A DNA stretch of 23,617 bases, from the NCBI GenBank assembly GCA_045106895.1, contig JBGCFM010000144.1, forward strand, positions 1 through 23,617, in the 5' to 3' direction. The DNA is from Polyangiales bacterium. GTDB lineage: Bacteria; Myxococcota_A; Polyangia; Polyangiales; Houyiibacteriaceae. Position 1 is the first letter of the stretch, and the number at the start of each line of letters is the position of its first letter. Below are positions 1 through 7,628 of this stretch, in pieces. Position numbers and translations under genes: made by a program. The notes beneath the pieces are model-generated. The model made no database searches. It was not told the DNA's origin and saw nothing but the letters and a program-made list of their open reading frames with translations.

Positions 1-971
1 CCGCCCTCGCAACGGGGGTGCTCTTTGGTGATTGGTCTCTGCGGCCTCTCCTCACGCACTTTCCTTCGCTCTTCGTCGTTGCGAACATCTGGGCGCTGGT
101 GGTCACCGCGTATTTGATGGGCAGCGCGTGGTCGAAGGGGGAGGGGCGCTTGCTTCAAGGACGCTCGGTTCAGCCACAGGGCTCACGAATCAAGGCGGCG
201 GCCCTCGACATTTGGCTCGGCGCGGAGCTCAACCCGACCTTCGCCGGCGTCGACCTCAAGATGCATATGTACCACCCGAGCCTCATCGGCCTTGTGGTGC
301 TCAACGCGGCGTTCCCCTTCGCCCAGTACGAAATCTACGGCGCCGTCACGACGGAGATGTGGCTCTACCAAGGCTTCGTCTGGGCGTACATCTTCACGCA
401 CTACATCCGCGAAGACTTCATGCTCACGACGTGGGACATCATCGCCGAACGCTTCGGCTTCATGCTTGTTTGGGGCGACCTGGTGTACGTACCATTTCTC
501 TACAGCATGGTGGGCTGGTGGGTCCTCGGGCGCGGCTGGTCGCCTTCGGAAAGCGGGCAGTGGGTGCATGAGCCTTGGCCCATCGCCGGCGTCGCCTGTC
601 TCGTCGCGCTGCACCTCCTCTTTCACTGGGTATTCCGCGGCGCCAACTGGCAAAAGGACAAGTTCAAGCGAGACAAGTCCGTGCACATCTGGGGCAAACC
701 CGCGGAAGCCCTCGGTGGCCGTTTGCTGGTTAGCGGTTGGTGGGGCATCGGCCGAAAAATCAACTACACCGGCGAGCTTGGCGTCTACCTGAGTTTCTCT
801 TTGTGCGCCGGCTTCGACTCAGCGTGGCCGTACTTCTTGCCCTTCACGCTCCTCGTCCTTCTGCTGCAGCGCGCCTGGCGCGATGACCGAAAGTGCCGCG
901 AGAAGTACGGGCCGCTCTGGGATGAGTACTGCGAGCGGACGCACTTTCGCGTGATTCCGTTTCTCTACTAA
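1..971 (+). CDS. ERG4/ERG24-family sterol reductase (most like Delta14-sterol reductase), probably 5'-truncated by the window edge
   Basis: Multi-TM protein with family motifs GAELNP, LTTWDIIAERFGFMLVWGD, ANWQKDKFK, LLVSGWWGIGRKINYTGE and RAWRDDRKCREKYGPLWDEYC...IP. The frame is open from position 3 through the GTG at 18, so the true start is probably upstream. TAA at 969-971. Confidence 0.9.
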   Translation, partial: ALATGVLFGDWSLRPLLTHFPSLFVVANIWALVVTAYLMGSAWSKGEGRLLQGRSVQPQGSRIKAAALDIWLGAELNPTFAGVDLKMHMYHPSLIGLVVLNAAFPFAQYEIYGAVTTEMWLYQGFVWAYIFTHYIREDFMLTTWDIIAERFGFMLVWGDLVYVPFLYSMVGWWVLGRGWSPSESGQWVHEPWPIAGVACLVALHLLFHWVFRGANWQKDKFKRDKSVHIWGKPAEALGGRLLVSGWWGIGRKINYTGELGVYLSFSLCAGFDSAWPYFLPFTLLVLLLQRAWRDDRKCREKYGPLWDEYCERTHFRVIPFLY

Positions 972-977
972 GCGCGC

Positions 978-1001
978 AAACACTCCCCGCAACGGGTGTT
1001 T
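978..1001 (+). terminator. Imperfect hairpin just after the sterol reductase stop (possible weak terminator or processing stem)
   Basis: aaaca-ctc-cccg-caa-cggg-tgttt: pairs aaaca/tgttt and cccg/cggg with a bulge; no long U-tract. Confidence 0.2.
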
Positions 1002-1103
1002 CGCAAGAGCGAACAGCTCGATAAGCCTATTGTTTACAGGAGCTTAGGTGCGCCGCGGACGGCTCCGGCGTGGCCGGTCCTTGCGCACTCCAGCTTTGTG
1101 TCC

Positions 1104-1838
1104 ATGTTATTGAATGTGATTTTCAAGAACAATAAGCGGCTCCGGAGTCATCCTGGACCCAACTATGAAACCGTTGAAGTGCGGAGGCACTCGCCCACCT
1201 TGGTGGAGGTCATTGCGCGGGCGGATGAACAGACAAGCGACGCCGCACGCGCGTTTCAGCCCGGGGACAAGATCAAGGTAGATGTAGGAAACGCGATGCG
1301 GAGCTACACGCCTTCGATGCTCAGCGCGTCGGAGCTGCGCTTCTTTGGCGTCGTCCATGGCGGCGGCCCCGGCTCCGACTGGCTGCGTCGACTCCAGCCG
1401 CGTGACCCCGTTCGTTTTCGGGGGCCCGCGCGCAGCCTTCCGTTTGTTGAGGACGTGGAGTGGGCGGGTTTCTTTGGGGACGAAACAACCGTTGGCGCCG
1501 CTGACGCTCTCCTCGGCGCATTGCCGGCGAACATTCCCCGTGTTGGCGCCCTCGAAGTGGAGGAGGACTCCGTCGCGGCTGTCCGCGCGATGTCCCTTGG
1601 CCTCGAGGTCAAAGCACGGCGTGAGCGCGGCGACGCACTGGTTCGCTTCGCTGAGGCGTTGGAGATCCCAAGTGGAAAAGGAGTGCTCTGGCTTTCCGGC
1701 GAAGCGACCACCCTCGTTCGTCTCAAGGAGACGCTCTTGGCGAGGGGGGTCGAGCGCTCGATGCTTCGCATCAAAGCGTATTGGAGCCTGAAAGGAACGC
1801 TGCACCGCAAAGCACTGGAACGAGGAGCCCTTCGATGA
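1104..1838 (+). CDS. Siderophore-interacting protein (ViuB/YqjH-like) FAD/NAD(P)H-dependent oxidoreductase
   Basis: Motifs RSYT (FAD binding), HGGGPGSDW, RGP, GDETTVGA, LWLSGE and IKAYW. ATG 1104 chosen over the track's GTG 996 (same frame); start uncertain. Confidence 0.8.
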   Translation: MLLNVIFKNNKRLRSHPGPNYETVEVRRHSPTLVEVIARADEQTSDAARAFQPGDKIKVDVGNAMRSYTPSMLSASELRFFGVVHGGGPGSDWLRRLQPRDPVRFRGPARSLPFVEDVEWAGFFGDETTVGAADALLGALPANIPRVGALEVEEDSVAAVRAMSLGLEVKARRERGDALVRFAEALEIPSGKGVLWLSGEATTLVRLKETLLARGVERSMLRIKAYWSLKGTLHRKALERGALR

Positions 1839-2203
1839 TCGGGCCAAACGAAACCCCCAAGCTCGCCATCGGTCACGCGGTTCTCGAGTCGCGCGATGTG
1901 GAGGCGACCATTCGATTCCTCGCGTCCCGTGGCGCGCGCGTCGTGATGGCCCAGCAGAACTTTGCCATCGCTGAACTGCGCGGCGGAACGCACGTGGTGG
2001 TTCGCAAGGGCGGCGCCGAAGCGAGGAATCCTAGCTTCGACCTGATGGTCGAAGACGTACGTGACGTTCGAGATGGGCTCATCAACGAGGGACTCGAACC
2101 GACGGCGCTTCGAAGCGGCGGCGTTCACAAGTCCTTTGACGTTCAGGAGCCCGGTGGCGCGATGCTGACCTTCACTTCGTCCCATGCGGTGGGGCGGGTC
2201 TAG
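1835..2203 (+). CDS. VOC (glyoxalase/bleomycin-resistance) family protein
   Basis: IGHAVLESRDVEATIRFL, SFDLMVEDV and SFDVQEPGG fit the paired beta-alpha-beta-beta-beta VOC pattern. ATG 1835 overlaps the upstream TGA (ATGA), suggesting translational coupling. Confidence 0.75.
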   Translation: MIGPNETPKLAIGHAVLESRDVEATIRFLASRGARVVMAQQNFAIAELRGGTHVVVRKGGAEARNPSFDLMVEDVRDVRDGLINEGLEPTALRSGGVHKSFDVQEPGGAMLTFTSSHAVGRV

Positions 2204-2274
2204 CCCTTGGACTGCAGTCCTGCGTCATCTCCCGTCTACCTTTCTGAATCGCACGCTAGCGTATCAACCCAGTG

Positions 2275-3144
2275 TCAGTTGGCGTGGCAGCTCGCGCACG
2301 CGCGCTCGCCGCTGGCGAAGAAGACCGGCGTCTCTACTTCCGCGCCGGCGCCTCCGCTGGCGAAGCTTGCGGCTCGGGACTCCGCGCTCTGCACCCACGA
2401 CTCGAAGGCGTCGCGGTAGGGCCAGGTTGCGGCGCTCTCCATCGTCAGCGCGCGGGCGTAGGAGATGCGGGCTCCTTCGAGGTCTCCTAGGCGCAGCTTC
2501 AGGTCGCCCACAGTGGCGTGGTAGCCCTCGGCGCCGTGAGGATTTAGTTCGGAGTTTCGGCACGTGTGCGAAGTGCCGTCACCGCAGTCTTCGATGGCCA
2601 GGAGCGGCGCGAGGACTCTCTCGGGGTAGCCGGACGAGAGGGGCATTCGCGCCAGACTCACCGCCGCCAAGAAAGGCGTGAAGCGCGGGTCGTTTTCGCT
2701 CGCGCTCATGAGTTCGTCGCGGGCAACGTCAAGGTCGAGACCCCGTGAGCGGGCGGCCTGGTAGTTGAAAAATGCGCGCCACCCGGCGGCGCTGGTGTCC
2801 TCGCCATCGAGCTCGACGGCGTTATCGAACGCCATCGAGGCTCGGATGGCGTAGGGGCGCTGGCGAAGCCGTAGGTAGGCGTGCAGGTTCGCGAGGCCGA
2901 ACCAGAGCTGCGCCTCGGCGCTATCCGGTTGCGCATCGATGGCGCCGGCGAGCATCGAGATGGCCTCCTCCTCGAGCCGGCTGTCTCCGTTCATGACCTG
3001 GACGAAGCGTGCTCTTGCATCGGGGAGGCTTGAAGGAATCACGGGGACGCGAAGCCACCAGTAGCCTCCGAGGGCGGCGACGAGGCCAAGAGCCAGAAAA
3101 GCCAGCGTCCCTCGCATGACTCGTTTCTTCCACTTCGCCGACAT
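2275..3144 (-). CDS. Membrane-anchored/exported TPR-like protein with C-terminal CxxCH (putative c-type heme site)
   Basis: Basic N-terminus plus hydrophobic helix (TLAFLALGLVAALGGYWWL). TPR-like segments AIDAQPDSAEAQLWFGLANL and VGDLKLRLGDLEGARISYARAL. Ends ...RACASCHAN*. Confidence 0.7.
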   Translation of the reverse strand: MSAKWKKRVMRGTLAFLALGLVAALGGYWWLRVPVIPSSLPDARARFVQVMNGDSRLEEEAISMLAGAIDAQPDSAEAQLWFGLANLHAYLRLRQRPYAIRASMAFDNAVELDGEDTSAAGWRAFFNYQAARSRGLDLDVARDELMSASENDPRFTPFLAAVSLARMPLSSGYPERVLAPLLAIEDCGDGTSHTCRNSELNPHGAEGYHATVGDLKLRLGDLEGARISYARALTMESAATWPYRDAFESWVQSAESRAASFASGGAGAEVETPVFFASGERACASCHAN

Positions 3145-3191
3145 CGACTAGCTATGAGGTCAGTCGAGTGACCCGCCAAGGTACCGAACGT

Positions 3192-4127
3192 TCAGCTGAC
3201 CGAGGCGCGGCTTGTTGCCTTCAGCGTTCTTGGAATGTGGCGTCGTCCGGAGGTCTTTGCCTCGGAGCGTTCAACGCGACCTTCGGCGAGGATCTTCTCC
3301 GGGACCCCGCGCAAGTCCGACACCAGCCGCAGGCGCTTCAGCGCGAGGAGGCCGTAATAGGTCATGTCGATCTCCCACCAGAAGAACCCGTTGCGCGCCG
3401 CCGCCGGATAGCGGTGGTGGTTGTTGTGCCAGCCCTCGCCGAGGGTCAGCAGCGCAAGCCAGATGTTGTTGCGGCTGTCATCACGTGTCTCGTAGCGGCG
3501 ATTTCCAAACACGTGCGCCAAGGAGTTGATGAGAAAGGTGCTGTGCCAGAGAAGTACGGTGCTGACGAAGAAGCCGATGAGAAGGCCCGGGAGTCCAAGG
3601 GTCAGACCGCACACCAGCGCCAAGACGACGCCCGGCAGATAGTGGAAGCGGTTCAGAAAGCGAAGCTCAGGGTACTTGGCGAAGTCATGAACCCGCGCGT
3701 AGTCCGTCTCGTTGTGCTCGGCGCTCACGATCCAGCCGACGTGGGAATGCCAGAAGCCGCCCTGAACGGGCGAATGAACGTCTTCTGGGCCATCGGAGTG
3801 TTTGTGATGGTTCCGGTGGTGCGCCGCCCACCAGAGCACGCCTTTTTGCAACGATGACTGCGCCAAGCAGGCCAGGAGAAACTGCATCACGCGGCCTGTC
3901 TTGAATGCGCGGTGAGAGAAGTAGCGATGGTATCCGGCGGTGACGCCGAACATTCGAATGACGAAGAGCAGCCCGCAGACGATCCAAGCGGCGGCGCTCT
4001 GGGTGACGAAGAGCGCTCCCACAGCCGCGATATGGCAGAGCCAGAATGGAATGCTCTGAGCCAGACCCTGACGACGCAGCGCAGCGGGCGAGTCTTTGGA
4101 ATCCGTGAGGGGAAGATCCTGCATCAC
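3192..4127 (-). CDS. Membrane fatty acid desaturase, Delta9 (OLE1/DesC-like) family
   Basis: Three His boxes HRYFSH, HHRNHH and GEGWHNNHH, plus D-x-HSP, INSLAH and WEID-x-TY. No fused cytochrome b5. Start GTG 4127 or ATG 4124. Confidence 0.93.
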   Translation of the reverse strand: MMQDLPLTDSKDSPAALRRQGLAQSIPFWLCHIAAVGALFVTQSAAAWIVCGLLFVIRMFGVTAGYHRYFSHRAFKTGRVMQFLLACLAQSSLQKGVLWWAAHHRNHHKHSDGPEDVHSPVQGGFWHSHVGWIVSAEHNETDYARVHDFAKYPELRFLNRFHYLPGVVLALVCGLTLGLPGLLIGFFVSTVLLWHSTFLINSLAHVFGNRRYETRDDSRNNIWLALLTLGEGWHNNHHRYPAAARNGFFWWEIDMTYYGLLALKRLRLVSDLRGVPEKILAEGRVERSEAKTSGRRHIPRTLKATSRASVS

Positions 4128-4214
4128 TCCAACCTAGGAGCTATCTTCGTCGCCGACCGTCACGAGCCCATCACAGTTGGGTCACCGTTGCGTCATTGTT
4201 TTCGTCACACCCGG

Positions 4215-4724
4215 CTAGTCGTCGGCGTCACAGCTCCAGAACTCGATGAAGATGTCGATGCACTGGTCGTCGCAGGTGCCTTCGTCGGGGCTGCTTCTCG
4301 CGAGACAGAGCATGTACGAGCGCCATAGGACGAGGCAGTTTGGAGGGGTGTTTCCTTCGTCGAACACCGGACCGCAGTCGGGCCGGTCGGCAAAGCAGCC
4401 GCGGTCGATGCGCGAGCTGTATGCGCACACGTTGGTGGCGCATTCGTTCCAGTCTAGCCGAGTCAGCTCGCAGCTCCCGCAATCGTTCGCCGTCTGAAGA
4501 CAGTCCAGATAGCCCTCGAACTCCTCTGCGCAGTCGAGCTCCTCGGCGTTCGCCGCCGCGCTCCCGCAGGCTTGCTGCGAGTCGAAGGCGTCCTGCACAC
4601 ACTCGGCGCCGTACTCCTCGGCACATAGCTGCGCTGTGTCGGCGCAGCAGCCGCTGAGAGCAATGGCGAGGACAGCGCTTCGGATCATTTGCACAGCGTT
4701 CGGGGTAAGCAGCGCATCTGTCAA
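4215..4724 (-). CDS. Small Cys-rich putative lipoprotein
   Basis: Lipobox-like IALSGC, acidic Cys-rich mature part with four C-x9-C motifs. Alternative start ATG at 4688. Confidence 0.65.
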   Translation of the reverse strand: MTDALLTPNAVQMIRSAVLAIALSGCCADTAQLCAEEYGAECVQDAFDSQQACGSAAANAEELDCAEEFEGYLDCLQTANDCGSCELTRLDWNECATNVCAYSSRIDRGCFADRPDCGPVFDEGNTPPNCLVLWRSYMLCLARSSPDEGTCDDQCIDIFIEFWSCDADD

Positions 4725-4829
4725 CCTCCGAGCCTTTTGGAGTCACGGCGAGCCACGTAGAAGCGAGGGCAAATCCGCATTGCACCCAAGGCTTGACTCG
4801 TCCGGTGGGGCCGTCGATACAGCGCTCGT

Positions 4830-5093
4830 GTGTTCGTGAGCGCGGACCAGGACCTCGGGCCCTCACGCTTTCGACAGGCCTACACCTTTCGCGCCGATGG
4901 AAGCGCCGATATTGGGGTGCTCGCTCCCAACGACGCGCACTACTCCGCCACCGGCACCTGGACCTTGGCGCCGGGCGCAGAGATCGGAGTTGTGTACGAG
5001 ACGCGCGAAGGCGAGCGGCGCGCCGAATCCTGGACCGCGGTGGTGAGTGAAGGAATGCTCACACTCACCGCCGTCGCAGACCCGGGTTGGTAG
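4830..5093 (+). CDS. Small hypothetical beta-rich protein, possibly N-terminally truncated
   Basis: Protein-like sequence PSRFRQAYTFRADGSADIGVLAPNDAHYSATGTW fills the gap and ends exactly against the convergent decarboxylase stop. An in-frame TGA at 4794-4796 limits any upstream extension. Confidence 0.5.
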   Translation: MFVSADQDLGPSRFRQAYTFRADGSADIGVLAPNDAHYSATGTWTLAPGAEIGVVYETREGERRAESWTAVVSEGMLTLTAVADPGW

Positions 5094-6512
5094 TTACGCT
5101 GAGGGAACGAAGTCCTCTGCCTCATCGGGTAGTCCCGCCGCTACCTCACGCACTGCCGCAAAGAATCCGTCGACGTCTTCGTTGCTGAGGTCTGGATTGA
5201 CGAGGGCGAGGCGGATTGGCTTACTCGCGCCTACGCTTCCATAGCTGCACATCATGAGGCCGCGTCGGTCGAGTTCGGTGCACACGCGTGCGCTACTTTT
5301 TCCTTTTACGTAGAAGCAGAGGTTCACGTATTGGGGCTCGCAGAATAGCTCCATGTCAGCGTCGCTGAGCACGATCTGTCGCGCGTGGGTGACCATCTCA
5401 AAGAGCTTGTCCACCCGCGCGGCAGTCTCTGTGAGACCGTGGTAGCGCAACGTGGCCCAGACCTTGAGCGCGTCGTTGCGTCGTCCCGTCTGCATGGAAC
5501 GCACGGATGGGTTCCATGCGTTGCCGTCGGCCTGGAGAAGGTAGGGCGCCGCGGCGGCAAAGCCTTCTTCCAAAAGCCCGACATGCCGGCTCAGGTAGAA
5601 CGATGCCACGACGGGTACGCCCATGAGCTTGTGGCAGTCCCACGTGAGACTGTCCGCGAGATGAGCGCCGTCCATGAGGTGTCGGTGCTTCGCGCTCACG
5701 AGTGTTGCGCCGCCATAGGCTGCGTCCACATGCATCCAGGCGCCGAACTCAACGCAGAGCGCGGAGATGGGCCGGAGCTCGTCGAATGCGCCGCGCACCG
5801 TCGTTCCCGACGTGGCCTGAACCATGATGGGCACCGCGCCCGCTGCGACATCACGTTCCATCGCCCTTCGCAGCGCGCTCACATCCATGCGGCCGTCGTC
5901 CTTTGTCGCGATGGCGCGTACGTTGTCCCGGCCAAGTCCCAGGATGCCCGCTGCGCGGTCGACGGAGTAGTGTGCGTCCGCGGAGCGGTACACCACATAC
6001 GTTCGGCCATCGCTTCCTTGGCTAAGCGCCCGGGGACACGCCTTGTTTCGGGCGATGGCCATCGCTACCAGGATCGACACGGAGCCACCCGGGACCATCA
6101 CGCCTTCGCCGCCTTCAAAGCCGACCCATTCGTTGAGGCGCTTGATGAGCAGTGACTCGATGTGCACATGGACGCCGGCGGCTTTGTACGTGTGCATGGT
6201 GTTGTTGAGGAACGCGACGAGCGCTTCGGAAGCGACAGCAGCGGGGATTCGGCTGCCGAAGAGCAGGTTGAAGTAAGCACGCCCCGTCGACGCCGGGGAG
6301 AGCTTGATCACTTCGTCCATCAGCGCGATCCACTCGGCATCGCTCAGCCCTTCGTCGGGAAAGCGGTCATCGAACTGCGCCACGAGCTCTGCCGGAGGAA
6401 CACGCGGCTTGAGTGGTGTTGCGTCGTCGGCGCGCTCCGCTGCTTCGATGAGGTCCGCGACGGCGCGAAGCGCGTCGGCGGTGTTGCTGAGATTAGGTGC
6501 GTCGCTTTCCAT
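5094..6512 (-). CDS. Group II PLP-dependent amino acid decarboxylase (GAD/CSAD-like)
   Basis: PGGS, AHYS, ATSGTTVRGAFD, WMHVDAAYGG, ADSLTWDCHK (PLP lysine) and QTGRRNDALKVW. ATG 6512 preferred; the ORF extends to 6548. Confidence 0.92.
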   Translation of the reverse strand: MESDAPNLSNTADALRAVADLIEAAERADDATPLKPRVPPAELVAQFDDRFPDEGLSDAEWIALMDEVIKLSPASTGRAYFNLLFGSRIPAAVASEALVAFLNNTMHTYKAAGVHVHIESLLIKRLNEWVGFEGGEGVMVPGGSVSILVAMAIARNKACPRALSQGSDGRTYVVYRSADAHYSVDRAAGILGLGRDNVRAIATKDDGRMDVSALRRAMERDVAAGAVPIMVQATSGTTVRGAFDELRPISALCVEFGAWMHVDAAYGGATLVSAKHRHLMDGAHLADSLTWDCHKLMGVPVVASFYLSRHVGLLEEGFAAAAPYLLQADGNAWNPSVRSMQTGRRNDALKVWATLRYHGLTETAARVDKLFEMVTHARQIVLSDADMELFCEPQYVNLCFYVKGKSSARVCTELDRRGLMMCSYGSVGASKPIRLALVNPDLSNEDVDGFFAAVREVAAGLPDEAEDFVPSA

Positions 6513-6566
6513 GGGCCGCACCCTAGAGCACATCTCCTCACGACACACGTCGTGGTATGTAAAGCG

Positions 6567-6953
6567 ATGGGATATCGGGAGGCGAGCGACGACGGCGGAG
6601 AAGCAGAAGCGCTGAAAGAGTGGAGTCGCCTTTCGCTTCGTATTCGTCTAGCGGCACTCCTGCCAACGATCCTTCTCTCAGTCGTTCTTGGCGTCGCGGC
6701 CGTTTACTTTCACGCCGAGGGTCGCTTTGGTGCGTTCGGCTTTGGAGAGCTGACGGCGTATGGGGAGGTGTACGTGAGCCGCTACTCCTTCGTCGTTGCC
6801 GCCGCAACGCCTGGAATCGTTGTCGCTGGGATCGCCTTCGCGTTGTACCAATCGATACTCGAGCGAGCCAGAGTTCGTTTCGTCACGCGCACATCGAAAC
6901 GTCTTGGACTCGCGTCGCGGGAGCTACTCGCTCGAACGCGTATCTTGAGTTGA
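6567..6953 (+). CDS. Hypothetical membrane protein (2 predicted TM helices)
   Basis: ATG 6567 within track ORF 6162-6953, whose upstream part overlaps the decarboxylase antisense. Hydrophobic segments LAALLPTILLSVVLGVAAVYF and FVVAAATPGIVVAGIAFALY. Confidence 0.65.
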   Translation: MGYREASDDGGEAEALKEWSRLSLRIRLAALLPTILLSVVLGVAAVYFHAEGRFGAFGFGELTAYGEVYVSRYSFVVAAATPGIVVAGIAFALYQSILERARVRFVTRTSKRLGLASRELLARTRILS

Positions 6954-7028
6954 GGTCGTCGCGGCGGTGCGGCGTGTAGTCGCCGACGGGCGTTGTTGGT
7001 CGATGGGAGCCACTATAGGCTCCGTCAT

Positions 7029-7502
7029 ATGTGCCTCCGAGTCTCCTCAACGTCGAAGCGTTGCTTTCTGTTCGTGCTCACCGTCGCGTTCGCGTGCTCT
7101 CCTCCGGAGACTCCGCCGCAGGTCGTCGTGAGCGAACGAAGTGGTGGCGACGAGGAACCCGTGGAGAGCGCCGAAGCGAACAGCGAGGGCAACCCCGATG
7201 ACGCGGCATGCTGCGTGATAGGCCGGCTGTCCGAAATGGTTGACGTTCCGACTCCGTGCGAAGTTGCGTACAGAAGGGGGGCAGAGATGGTCGAAGCAGT
7301 ACGAGCACAGGACCCCAACGTCCCGCCACCCGCGCCCCAGGCGTTGTTCGAATCTGAGTGTGCTCGTCTTCCGCCGTCGTCTCAGCAGTGTTTGATCATC
7401 GACCACGCGATGGAGCATCTGGAGGAGTGCAACGCGGTGCTGCGGTCACCTGAAGTACAAGCGTTTCGGGCGAAAATTCAGCGCGCCACACGGCAACCCT
7501 AG
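7029..7502 (+). CDS. Putative lipoprotein with Cys-containing helical domain
   Basis: Signal KRCFLFVLTVAFAC (lipobox-like), Pro/acidic linker, then six further Cys. Start uncertain. Confidence 0.65.
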   Translation: MCLRVSSTSKRCFLFVLTVAFACSPPETPPQVVVSERSGGDEEPVESAEANSEGNPDDAACCVIGRLSEMVDVPTPCEVAYRRGAEMVEAVRAQDPNVPPPAPQALFESECARLPPSSQQCLIIDHAMEHLEECNAVLRSPEVQAFRAKIQRATRQP

Positions 7503-7628
7503 CGTCCGAGGTCGGCGCGGAGGCCGGGAGGCCCTCGTAGTGCGCTAGACCGGGACAAAAATAGCATTTTGCGCGAAAACCGCACAATTGCTGTAACCGA
7601 TCCGCGCCAGCGTCATACGCGCCGCATA

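Noticed and set aside
1015..1140. Fur box or operator upstream of the SIP-like gene (AT-rich; weak taagc...gctta dyad at 1022-1046)
   Set aside because: No convincing match to the GATAATGATAATCATTATC consensus, and the dyad is too weak.
6162..6566. N-terminal extension of ORF 6162-6953
   Set aside because: Lies mostly antisense to the decarboxylase; ATG 6567 gives a coherent membrane protein.
7503..7628. Moco riboswitch upstream of the molybdoenzyme
   Set aside because: No recognisable conserved structure by eye; an Infernal/Rfam scan would be needed.
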